Below are positions 43,101-55,100 of a DNA stretch of 64,000 bases, in pieces (within the stretch, counting starts at the first letter, position 1; each line of letters begins with the position of its first letter). Made by a program: the position numbers and the translations under genes. The stretch is taken from assembly GCA_000002435.2 (NCBI GenBank), contig CM018793.1. The stretch is one strand, 5' to 3'. Origin of the DNA: Giardia intestinalis (lineage: Eukaryota). The notes beneath the pieces were generated by a model, which had not been told where the DNA came from, did not search any database, and worked only from the letters and a program-made list of their open reading frames with translations.

Positions 43101-46100
43101 NNNNNNNNNNNNNNNNNNNNNNNNNNNNNNNNNNNNNNNNNNNNNNNNNNNNNNNNNNNNNNNNNNNNNNNNNNNNNNNNNNNNNNNNNNNNNNNNNNNN
43201 NNNNNNNNNNNNNNNNNNNNNNNNNNNNNNNNNNNNNNNNNNNNNNNNNNNNNNNNNNNNNNNNNNNNNNNNNNNNNNNNNNNNNNNNNNNNNNNNNNNN
43301 NNNNNNNNNNNNNNNNNNNNNNNNNNNNNNNNNNNNNNNNNNNNNNNNNNNNNNNNNNNNNNNNNNNNNNNNNNNNNNNNNNNNNNNNNNNNNNNNNNNN
43401 NNNNNNNNNNNNNNNNNNNNNNNNNNNNNNNNNNNNNNNNNNNNNNNNNNNNNNNNNNNNNNNNNNNNNNNNNNNNNNNNNNNNNNNNNNNNNNNNNNNN
43501 NNNNNNNNNNNNNNNNNNNNNNNNNNNNNNNNNNNNNNNNNNNNNNNNNNNNNNNNNNNNNNNNNNNNNNNNNNNNNNNNNNNNNNNNNNNNNNNNNNNN
43601 NNNNNNNNNNNNNNNNNNNNNNNNNNNNNNNNNNNNNNNNNNNNNNNNNNNNNNNNNNNNNNNNNNNNNNNNNNNNNNNNNNNNNNNNNNNNNNNNNNNN
43701 NNNNNNNNNNNNNNNNNNNNNNNNNNNNNNNNNNNNNNNNNNNNNNNNNNNNNNNNNNNNNNNNNNNNNNNNNNNNNNNNNNNNNNNNNNNNNNNNNNNN
43801 NNNNNNNNNNNNNNNNNNNNNNNNNNNNNNNNNNNNNNNNNNNNNNNNNNNNNNNNNNNNNNNNNNNNNNNNNNNNNNNNNNNNNNNNNNNNNNNNNNNN
43901 NNNNNNNNNNNNNNNNNNNNNNNNNNNNNNNNNNNNNNNNNNNNNNNNNNNNNNNNNNNNNNNNNNNNNNNNNNNNNNNNNNNNNNNNNNNNNNNNNNNN
44001 NNNNNNNNNNNNNNNNNNNNNNNNNNNNNNNNNNNNNNNNNNNNNNNNNNNNNNNNNNNNNNNNNNNNNNNNNNNNNNNNNNNNNNNNNNNNNNNNNNNN
44101 NNNNNNNNNNNNNNNNNNNNNNNNNNNNNNNNNNNNNNNNNNNNNNNNNNNNNNNNNNNNNNNNNNNNNNNNNNNNNNNNNNNNNNNNNNNNNNNNNNNN
44201 NNNNNNNNNNNNNNNNNNNNNNNNNNNNNNNNNNNNNNNNNNNNNNNNNNNNNNNNNNNNNNNNNNNNNNNNNNNNNNNNNNNNNNNNNNNNNNNNNNNN
44301 NNNNNNNNNNNNNNNNNNNNNNNNNNNNNNNNNNNNNNNNNNNNNNNNNNNNNNNNNNNNNNNNNNNNNNNNNNNNNNNNNNNNNNNNNNNNNNNNNNNN
44401 NNNNNNNNNNNNNNNNNNNNNNNNNNNNNNNNNNNNNNNNNNNNNNNNNNNNNNNNNNNNNNNNNNNNNNNNNNNNNNNNNNNNNNNNNNNNNNNNNNNN
44501 NNNNNNNNNNNNNNNNNNNNNNNNNNNNNNNNNNNNNNNNNNNNNNNNNNNNNNNNNNNNNNNNNNNNNNNNNNNNNNNNNNNNNNNNNNNNNNNNNNNN
44601 NNNNNNNNNNNNNNNNNNNNNNNNNNNNNNNNNNNNNNNNNNNNNNNNNNNNNNNNNNNNNNNNNNNNNNNNNNNNNNNNNNNNNNNNNNNNNNNNNNNN
44701 NNNNNNNNNNNNNNNNNNNNNNNNNNNNNNNNNNNNNNNNNNNNNNNNNNNNNNNNNNNNNNNNNNNNNNNNNNNNNNNNNNNNNNNNNNNNNNNNNNNN
44801 NNNNNNNNNNNNNNNNNNNNNNNNNNNNNNNNNNNNNNNNNNNNNNNNNNNNNNNNNNNNNNNNNNNNNNNNNNNNNNNNNNNNNNNNNNNNNNNNNNNN
44901 NNNNNNNNNNNNNNNNNNNNNNNNNNNNNNNNNNNNNNNNNNNNNNNNNNNNNNNNNNNNNNNNNNNNNNNNNNNNNNNNNNNNNNNNNNNNNNNNNNNN
45001 NNNNNNNNNNNNNNNNNNNNNNNNNNNNNNNNNNNNNNNNNNNNNNNNNNNNNNNNNNNNNNNNNNNNNNNNNNNNNNNNNNNNNNNNNNNNNNNNNNNN
45101 NNNNNNNNNNNNNNNNNNNNNNNNNNNNNNNNNNNNNNNNNNNNNNNNNNNNNNNNNNNNNNNNNNNNNNNNNNNNNNNNNNNNNNNNNNNNNNNNNNNN
45201 NNNNNNNNNNNNNNNNNNNNNNNNNNNNNNNNNNNNNNNNNNNNNNNNNNNNNNNNNNNNNNNNNNNNNNNNNNNNNNNNNNNNNNNNNNNNNNNNNNNN
45301 NNNNNNNNNNNNNNNNNNNNNNNNNNNNNNNNNNNNNNNNNNNNNNNNNNNNNNNNNNNNNNNNNNNNNNNNNNNNNNNNNNNNNNNNNNNNNNNNNNNN
45401 NNNNNNNNNNNNNNNNNNNNNNNNNNNNNNNNNNNNNNNNNNNNNNNNNNNNNNNNNNNNNNNNNNNNNNNNNNNNNNNNNNNNNNNNNNNNNNNNNNNN
45501 NNNNNNNNNNNNNNNNNNNNNNNNNNNNNNNNNNNNNNNNNNNNNNNNNNNNNNNNNNNNNNNNNNNNNNNNNNNNNNNNNNNNNNNNNNNNNNNNNNNN
45601 NNNNNNNNNNNNNNNNNNNNNNNNNNNNNNNNNNNNNNNNNNNNNNNNNNNNNNNNNNNNNNNNNNNNNNNNNNNNNNNNNNNNNNNNNNNNNNNNNNNN
45701 NNNNNNNNNNNNNNNNNNNNNNNNNNNNNNNNNNNNNNNNNNNNNNNNNNNNNNNNNNNNNNNNNNNNNNNNNNNNNNNNNNNNNNNNNNNNNNNNNNNN
45801 NNNNNNNNNNNNNNNNNNNNNNNNNNNNNNNNNNNNNNNNNNNNNNNNNNNNNNNNNNNNNNNNNNNNNNNNNNNNNNNNNNNNNNNNNNNNNNNNNNNN
45901 NNNNNNNNNNNNNNNNNNNNNNNNNNNNNNNNNNNNNNNNNNNNNNNNNNNNNNNNNNNNNNNNNNNNNNNNNNNNNNNNNNNNNNNNNNNNNNNNNNNN
46001 NNNNNNNNNNNNNNNNNNNNNNNNNNNNNNNNNNNNNNNNNNNNNNNNNNNNNNNNNNNNNNNNNNNNNNNNNNNNNNNNNNNNNNNNNNNNNNNNNNNN

Positions 46101-49100
46101 NNNNNNNNNNNNNNNNNNNNNNNNNNNNNNNNNNNNNNNNNNNNNNNNNNNNNNNNNNNNNNNNNNNNNNNNNNNNNNNNNNNNNNNNNNNNNNNNNNNN
46201 NNNNNNNNNNNNNNNNNNNNNNNNNNNNNNNNNNNNNNNNNNNNNNNNNNNNNNNNNNNNNNNNNNNNNNNNNNNNNNNNNNNNNNNNNNNNNNNNNNNN
46301 NNNNNNNNNNNNNNNNNNNNNNNNNNNNNNNNNNNNNNNNNNNNNNNNNNNNNNNNNNNNNNNNNNNNNNNNNNNNNNNNNNNNNNNNNNNNNNNNNNNN
46401 NNNNNNNNNNNNNNNNNNNNNNNNNNNNNNNNNNNNNNNNNNNNNNNNNNNNNNNNNNNNNNNNNNNNNNNNNNNNNNNNNNNNNNNNNNNNNNNNNNNN
46501 NNNNNNNNNNNNNNNNNNNNNNNNNNNNNNNNNNNNNNNNNNNNNNNNNNNNNNNNNNNNNNNNNNNNNNNNNNNNNNNNNNNNNNNNNNNNNNNNNNNN
46601 NNNNNNNNNNNNNNNNNNNNNNNNNNNNNNNNNNNNNNNNNNNNNNNNNNNNNNNNNNNNNNNNNNNNNNNNNNNNNNNNNNNNNNNNNNNNNNNNNNNN
46701 NNNNNNNNNNNNNNNNNNNNNNNNNNNNNNNNNNNNNNNNNNNNNNNNNNNNNNNNNNNNNNNNNNNNNNNNNNNNNNNNNNNNNNNNNNNNNNNNNNNN
46801 NNNNNNNNNNNNNNNNNNNNNNNNNNNNNNNNNNNNNNNNNNNNNNNNNNNNNNNNNNNNNNNNNNNNNNNNNNNNNNNNNNNNNNNNNNNNNNNNNNNN
46901 NNNNNNNNNNNNNNNNNNNNNNNNNNNNNNNNNNNNNNNNNNNNNNNNNNNNNNNNNNNNNNNNNNNNNNNNNNNNNNNNNNNNNNNNNNNNNNNNNNNN
47001 NNNNNNNNNNNNNNNNNNNNNNNNNNNNNNNNNNNNNNNNNNNNNNNNNNNNNNNNNNNNNNNNNNNNNNNNNNNNNNNNNNNNNNNNNNNNNNNNNNNN
47101 NNNNNNNNNNNNNNNNNNNNNNNNNNNNNNNNNNNNNNNNNNNNNNNNNNNNNNNNNNNNNNNNNNNNNNNNNNNNNNNNNNNNNNNNNNNNNNNNNNNN
47201 NNNNNNNNNNNNNNNNNNNNNNNNNNNNNNNNNNNNNNNNNNNNNNNNNNNNNNNNNNNNNNNNNNNNNNNNNNNNNNNNNNNNNNNNNNNNNNNNNNNN
47301 NNNNNNNNNNNNNNNNNNNNNNNNNNNNNNNNNNNNNNNNNNNNNNNNNNNNNNNNNNNNNNNNNNNNNNNNNNNNNNNNNNNNNNNNNNNNNNNNNNNN
47401 NNNNNNNNNNNNNNNNNNNNNNNNNNNNNNNNNNNNNNNNNNNNNNNNNNNNNNNNNNNNNNNNNNNNNNNNNNNNNNNNNNNNNNNNNNNNNNNNNNNN
47501 NNNNNNNNNNNNNNNNNNNNNNNNNNNNNNNNNNNNNNNNNNNNNNNNNNNNNNNNNNNNNNNNNNNNNNNNNNNNNNNNNNNNNNNNNNNNNNNNNNNN
47601 NNNNNNNNNNNNNNNNNNNNNNNNNNNNNNNNNNNNNNNNNNNNNNNNNNNNNNNNNNNNNNNNNNNNNNNNNNNNNNNNNNNNNNNNNNNNNNNNNNNN
47701 NNNNNNNNNNNNNNNNNNNNNNNNNNNNNNNNNNNNNNNNNNNNNNNNNNNNNNNNNNNNNNNNNNNNNNNNNNNNNNNNNNNNNNNNNNNNNNNNNNNN
47801 NNNNNNNNNNNNNNNNNNNNNNNNNNNNNNNNNNNNNNNNNNNNNNNNNNNNNNNNNNNNNNNNNNNNNNNNNNNNNNNNNNNNNNNNNNNNNNNNNNNN
47901 NNNNNNNNNNNNNNNNNNNNNNNNNNNNNNNNNNNNNNNNNNNNNNNNNNNNNNNNNNNNNNNNNNNNNNNNNNNNNNNNNNNNNNNNNNNNNNNNNNNN
48001 NNNNNNNNNNNNNNNNNNNNNNNNNNNNNNNNNNNNNNNNNNNNNNNNNNNNNNNNNNNNNNNNNNNNNNNNNNNNNNNNNNNNNNNNNNNNNNNNNNNN
48101 NNNNNNNNNNNNNNNNNNNNNNNNNNNNNNNNNNNNNNNNNNNNNNNNNNNNNNNNNNNNNNNNNNNNNNNNNNNNNNNNNNNNNNNNNNNNNNNNNNNN
48201 NNNNNNNNNNNNNNNNNNNNNNNNNNNNNNNNNNNNNNNNNNNNNNNNNNNNNNNNNNNNNNNNNNNNNNNNNNNNNNNNNNNNNNNNNNNNNNNNNNNN
48301 NNNNNNNNNNNNNNNNNNNNNNNNNNNNNNNNNNNNNNNNNNNNNNNNNNNNNNNNNNNNNNNNNNNNNNNNNNNNNNNNNNNNNNNNNNNNNNNNNNNN
48401 NNNNNNNNNNNNNNNNNNNNNNNNNNNNNNNNNNNNNNNNNNNNNNNNNNNNNNNNNNNNNNNNNNNNNNNNNNNNNNNNNNNNNNNNNNNNNNNNNNNN
48501 NNNNNNNNNNNNNNNNNNNNNNNNNNNNNNNNNNNNNNNNNNNNNNNNNNNNNNNNNNNNNNNNNNNNNNNNNNNNNNNNNNNNNNNNNNNNNNNNNNNN
48601 NNNNNNNNNNNNNNNNNNNNNNNNNNNNNNNNNNNNNNNNNNNNNNNNNNNNNNNNNNNNNNNNNNNNNNNNNNNNNNNNNNNNNNNNNNNNNNNNNNNN
48701 NNNNNNNNNNNNNNNNNNNNNNNNNNNNNNNNNNNNNNNNNNNNNNNNNNNNNNNNNNNNNNNNNNNNNNNNNNNNNNNNNNNNNNNNNNNNNNNNNNNN
48801 NNNNNNNNNNNNNNNNNNNNNNNNNNNNNNNNNNNNNNNNNNNNNNNNNNNNNNNNNNNNNNNNNNNNNNNNNNNNNNNNNNNNNNNNNNNNNNNNNNNN
48901 NNNNNNNNNNNNNNNNNNNNNNNNNNNNNNNNNNNNNNNNNNNNNNNNNNNNNNNNNNNNNNNNNNNNNNNNNNNNNNNNNNNNNNNNNNNNNNNNNNNN
49001 NNNNNNNNNNNNNNNNNNNNNNNNNNNNNNNNNNNNNNNNNNNNNNNNNNNNNNNNNNNNNNNNNNNNNNNNNNNNNNNNNNNNNNNNNNNNNNNNNNNN

Positions 49101-52100
49101 NNNNNNNNNNNNNNNNNNNNNNNNNNNNNNNNNNNNNNNNNNNNNNNNNNNNNNNNNNNNNNNNNNNNNNNNNNNNNNNNNNNNNNNNNNNNNNNNNNNN
49201 NNNNNNNNNNNNNNNNNNNNNNNNNNNNNNNNNNNNNNNNNNNNNNNNNNNNNNNNNNNNNNNNNNNNNNNNNNNNNNNNNNNNNNNNNNNNNNNNNNNN
49301 NNNNNNNNNNNNNNNNNNNNNNNNNNNNNNNNNNNNNNNNNNNNNNNNNNNNNNNNNNNNNNNNNNNNNNNNNNNNNNNNNNNNNNNNNNNNNNNNNNNN
49401 NNNNNNNNNNNNNNNNNNNNNNNNNNNNNNNNNNNNNNNNNNNNNNNNNNNNNNNNNNNNNNNNNNNNNNNNNNNNNNNNNNNNNNNNNNNNNNNNNNNN
49501 NNNNNNNNNNNNNNNNNNNNNNNNNNNNNNNNNNNNNNNNNNNNNNNNNNNNNNNNNNNNNNNNNNNNNNNNNNNNNNNNNNNNNNNNNNNNNNNNNNNN
49601 NNNNNNNNNNNNNNNNNNNNNNNNNNNNNNNNNNNNNNNNNNNNNNNNNNNNNNNNNNNNNNNNNNNNNNNNNNNNNNNNNNNNNNNNNNNNNNNNNNNN
49701 NNNNNNNNNNNNNNNNNNNNNNNNNNNNNNNNNNNNNNNNNNNNNNNNNNNNNNNNNNNNNNNNNNNNNNNNNNNNNNNNNNNNNNNNNNNNNNNNNNNN
49801 NNNNNNNNNNNNNNNNNNNNNNNNNNNNNNNNNNNNNNNNNNNNNNNNNNNNNNNNNNNNNNNNNNNNNNNNNNNNNNNNNNNNNNNNNNNNNNNNNNNN
49901 NNNNNNNNNNNNNNNNNNNNNNNNNNNNNNNNNNNNNNNNNNNNNNNNNNNNNNNNNNNNNNNNNNNNNNNNNNNNNNNNNNNNNNNNNNNNNNNNNNNN
50001 NNNNNNNNNNNNNNNNNNNNNNNNNNNNNNNNNNNNNNNNNNNNNNNNNNNNNNNNNNNNNNNNNNNNNNNNNNNNNNNNNNNNNNNNNNNNNNNNNNNN
50101 NNNNNNNNNNNNNNNNNNNNNNNNNNNNNNNNNNNNNNNNNNNNNNNNNNNNNNNNNNNNNNNNNNNNNNNNNNNNNNNNNNNNNNNNNNNNNNNNNNNN
50201 NNNNNNNNNNNNNNNNNNNNNNNNNNNNNNNNNNNNNNNNNNNNNNNNNNNNNNNNNNNNNNNNNNNNNNNNNNNNNNNNNNNNNNNNNNNNNNNNNNNN
50301 NNNNNNNNNNNNNNNNNNNNNNNNNNNNNNNNNNNNNNNNNNNNNNNNNNNNNNNNNNNNNNNNNNNNNNNNNNNNNNNNNNNNNNNNNNNNNNNNNNNN
50401 NNNNNNNNNNNNNNNNNNNNNNNNNNNNNNNNNNNNNNNNNNNNNNNNNNNNNNNNNNNNNNNNNNNNNNNNNNNNNNNNNNNNNNNNNNNNNNNNNNNN
50501 NNNNNNNNNNNNNNNNNNNNNNNNNNNNNNNNNNNNNNNNNNNNNNNNNNNNNNNNNNNNNNNNNNNNNNNNNNNNNNNNNNNNNNNNNNNNNNNNNNNN
50601 NNNNNNNNNNNNNNNNNNNNNNNNNNNNNNNNNNNNNNNNNNNNNNNNNNNNNNNNNNNNNNNNNNNNNNNNNNNNNNNNNNNNNNNNNNNNNNNNNNNN
50701 NNNNNNNNNNNNNNNNNNNNNNNNNNNNNNNNNNNNNNNNNNNNNNNNNNNNNNNNNNNNNNNNNNNNNNNNNNNNNNNNNNNNNNNNNNNNNNNNNNNN
50801 NNNNNNNNNNNNNNNNNNNNNNNNNNNNNNNNNNNNNNNNNNNNNNNNNNNNNNNNNNNNNNNNNNNNNNNNNNNNNNNNNNNNNNNNNNNNNNNNNNNN
50901 NNNNNNNNNNNNNNNNNNNNNNNNNNNNNNNNNNNNNNNNNNNNNNNNNNNNNNNNNNNNNNNNNNNNNNNNNNNNNNNNNNNNNNNNNNNNNNNNNNNN
51001 NNNNNNNNNNNNNNNNNNNNNNNNNNNNNNNNNNNNNNNNNNNNNNNNNNNNNNNNNNNNNNNNNNNNNNNNNNNNNNNNNNNNNNNNNNNNNNNNNNNN
51101 NNNNNNNNNNNNNNNNNNNNNNNNNNNNNNNNNNNNNNNNNNNNNNNNNNNNNNNNNNNNNNNNNNNNNNNNNNNNNNNNNNNNNNNNNNNNNNNNNNNN
51201 NNNNNNNNNNNNNNNNNNNNNNNNNNNNNNNNNNNNNNNNNNNNNNNNNNNNNNNNNNNNNNNNNNNNNNNNNNNNNNNNNNNNNNNNNNNNNNNNNNNN
51301 NNNNNNNNNNNNNNNNNNNNNNNNNNNNNNNNNNNNNNNNNNNNNNNNNNNNNNNNNNNNNNNNNNNNNNNNNNNNNNNNNNNNNNNNNNNNNNNNNNNN
51401 NNNNNNNNNNNNNNNNNNNNNNNNNNNNNNNNNNNNNNNNNNNNNNNNNNNNNNNNNNNNNNNNNNNNNNNNNNNNNNNNNNNNNNNNNNNNNNNNNNNN
51501 NNNNNNNNNNNNNNNNNNNNNNNNNNNNNNNNNNNNNNNNNNNNNNNNNNNNNNNNNNNNNNNNNNNNNNNNNNNNNNNNNNNNNNNNNNNNNNNNNNNN
51601 NNNNNNNNNNNNNNNNNNNNNNNNNNNNNNNNNNNNNNNNNNNNNNNNNNNNNNNNNNNNNNNNNNNNNNNNNNNNNNNNNNNNNNNNNNNNNNNNNNNN
51701 NNNNNNNNNNNNNNNNNNNNNNNNNNNNNNNNNNNNNNNNNNNNNNNNNNNNNNNNNNNNNNNNNNNNNNNNNNNNNNNNNNNNNNNNNNNNNNNNNNNN
51801 NNNNNNNNNNNNNNNNNNNNNNNNNNNNNNNNNNNNNNNNNNNNNNNNNNNNNNNNNNNNNNNNNNNNNNNNNNNNNNNNNNNNNNNNNNNNNNNNNNNN
51901 NNNNNNNNNNNNNNNNNNNNNNNNNNNNNNNNNNNNNNNNNNNNNNNNNNNNNNNNNNNNNNNNNNNNNNNNNNNNNNNNNNNNNNNNNNNNNNNNNNNN
52001 NNNNNNNNNNNNNNNNNNNNNNNNNNNNNNNNNNNNNNNNNNNNNNNNNNNNNNNNNNNNNNNNNNNNNNNNNNNNNNNNNNNNNNNNNNNNNNNNNNNN

Positions 52101-55100
52101 NNNNNNNNNNNNNNNNNNNNNNNNNNNNNNNNNNNNNNNNNNNNNNNNNNNNNNNNNNNNNNNNNNNNNNNNNNNNNNNNNNNNNNNNNNNNNNNNNNNN
52201 NNNNNNNNNNNNNNNNNNNNNNNNNNNNNNNNNNNNNNNNNNNNNNNNNNNNNNNNNNNNNNNNNNNNNNNNNNNNNNNNNNNNNNNNNNNNNNNNNNNN
52301 NNNNNNNNNNNNNNNNNNNNNNNNNNNNNNNNNNNNNNNNNNNNNNNNNNNNNNNNNNNNNNNNNNNNNNNNNNNNNNNNNNNNNNNNNNNNNNNNNNNN
52401 NNNNNNNNNNNNNNNNNNNNNNNNNNNNNNNNNNNNNNNNNNNNNNNNNNNNNNNNNNNNNNNNNNNNNNNNNNNNNNNNNNNNNNNNNNNNNNNNNNNN
52501 NNNNNNNNNNNNNNNNNNNNNNNNNNNNNNNNNNNNNNNNNNNNNNNNNNNNNNNNNNNNNNNNNNNNNNNNNNNNNNNNNNNNNNNNNNNNNNNNNNNN
52601 NNNNNNNNNNNNNNNNNNNNNNNNNNNNNNNNNNNNNNNNNNNNNNNNNNNNNNNNNNNNNNNNNNNNNNNNNNNNNNNNNNNNNNNNNNNNNNNNNNNN
52701 NNNNNNNNNNNNNNNNNNNNNNNNNNNNNNNNNNNNNNNNNNNNNNNNNNNNNNNNNNNNNNNNNNNNNNNNNNNNNNNNNNNNNNNNNNNNNNNNNNNN
52801 NNNNNNNNNNNNNNNNNNNNNNNNNNNNNNNNNNNNNNNNNNNNNNNNNNNNNNNNNNNNNNNNNNNNNNNNNNNNNNNNNNNNNNNNNNNNNNNNNNNN
52901 NNNNNNNNNNNNNNNNNNNNNNNNNNNNNNNNNNNNNNNNNNNNNNNNNNNNNNNNNNNNNNNNNNNNNNNNNNNNNNNNNNNNNNNNNNNNNNNNNNNN
53001 NNNNNNNNNNNNNNNNNNNNNNNNNNNNNNNNNNNNNNNNNNNNNNNNNNNNNNNNNNNNNNNNNNNNNNNNNNNNNNNNNNNNNNNNNNNNNNNNNNNN
53101 NNNNNNNNNNNNNNNNNNNNNNNNNNNNNNNNNNNNNNNNNNNNNNNNNNNNNNNNNNNNNNNNNNNNNNNNNNNNNNNNNNNNNNNNNNNNNNNNNNNN
53201 NNNNNNNNNNNNNNNNNNNNNNNNNNNNNNNNNNNNNNNNNNNNNNNNNNNNNNNNNNNNNNNNNNNNNNNNNNNNNNNNNNNNNNNNNNNNNNNNNNNN
53301 NNNNNNNNNNNNNNNNNNNNNNNNNNNNNNNNNNNNNNNNNNNNNNNNNNNNNNNNNNNNNNNNNNNNNNNNNNNNNNNNNNNNNNNNNNNNNNNNNNNN
53401 NNNNNNNNNNNNNNNNNNNNNNNNNNNNNNNNNNNNNNNNNNNNNNNNNNNNNNNNNNNNNNNNNNNNNNNNNNNNNNNNNNNNNNNNNNNNNNNNNNNN
53501 NNNNNNNNNNNNNNNNNNNNNNNNNNNNNNNNNNNNNNNNNNNNNNNNNNNNNNNNNNNNNNNNNNNNNNNNNNNNNNNNNNNNNNNNNNNNNNNNNNNN
53601 NNNNNNNNNNNNNNNNNNNNNNNNNNNNNNNNNNNNNNNNNNNNNNNNNNNNNNNNNNNNNNNNNNNNNNNNNNNNNNNNNNNNNNNNNNNNNNNNNNNN
53701 NNNNNNNNNNNNNNNNNNNNNNNNNNNNNNNNNNNNNNNNNNNNNNNNNNNNNNNNNNNNNNNNNNNNNNNNNNNNNNNNNNNNNNNNNNNNNNNNNNNN
53801 NNNNNNNNNNNNNNNNNNNNNNNNNNNNNNNNNNNNNNNNNNNNNNNNNNNNNNNNNNNNNNNNNNNNNNNNNNNNNNNNNNNNNNNNNNNNNNNNNNNN
53901 NNNNNNNNNNNNNNNNNNNNNNNNNNNNNNNNNNNNNNNNNNNNNNNNNNNNNNNNNNNNNNNNNNNNNNNNNNNNNNNNNNNNNNNNNNNNNNNNNNNN
54001 NNNNNNNNNNNNNNNNNNNNNNNNNNNNNNNNNNNNNNNNNNNNNNNNNNNNNNNNNNNNNNNNNNNNNNNNNNNNNNNNNNNNNNNNNNNNNNNNNNNN
54101 NNNNNNNNNNNNNNNNNNNNNNNNNNNNNNNNNNNNNNNNNNNNNNNNNNNNNNNNNNNNNNNNNNNNNNNNNNNNNNNNNNNNNNNNNNNNNNNNNNNN
54201 NNNNNNNNNNNNNNNNNNNNNNNNNNNNNNNNNNNNNNNNNNNNNNNNNNNNNNNNNNNNNNNNNNNNNNNNNNNNNNNNNNNNNNNNNNNNNNNNNNNN
54301 NNNNNNNNNNNNNNNNNNNNNNNNNNNNNNNNNNNNNNNNNNNNNNNNNNNNNNNNNNNNNNNNNNNNNNNNNNNNNNNNNNNNNNNNNNNNNNNNNNNN
54401 NNNNNNNNNNNNNNNNNNNNNNNNNNNNNNNNNNNNNNNNNNNNNNNNNNNNNNNNNNNNNNNNNNNNNNNNNNNNNNNNNNNNNNNNNNNNNNNNNNNN
54501 NNNNNNNNNNNNNNNNNNNNNNNNNNNNNNNNNNNNNNNNNNNNNNNNNNNNNNNNNNNNNNNNNNNNNNNNNNNNNNNNNNNNNNNNNNNNNNNNNNNN
54601 NNNNNNNNNNNNNNNNNNNNNNNNNNNNNNNNNNNNNNNNNNNNNNNNNNNNNNNNNNNNNNNNNNNNNNNNNNNNNNNNNNNNNNNNNNNNNNNNNNNN
54701 NNNNNNNNNNNNNNNNNNNNNNNNNNNNNNNNNNNNNNNNNNNNNNNNNNNNNNNNNNNNNNNNNNNNNNNNNNNNNNNNNNNNNNNNNNNNNNNNNNNN
54801 NNNNNNNNNNNNNNNNNNNNNNNNNNNNNNNNNNNNNNNNNNNNNNNNNNNNNNNNNNNNNNNNNNNNNNNNNNNNNNNNNNNNNNNNNNNNNNNNNNNN
54901 NNNNNNNNNNNNNNNNNNNNNNNNNNNNNNNNNNNNNNNNNNNNNNNNNNNNNNNNNNNNNNNNNNNNNNNNNNNNNNNNNNNNNNNNNNNNNNNNNNNN
55001 NNNNNNNNNNNNNNNNNNNNNNNNNNNNNNNNNNNNNNNNNNNNNNNNNNNNNNNNNNNNNNNNNNNNNNNNNNNNNNNNNNNNNNNNNNNNNNNNNNNN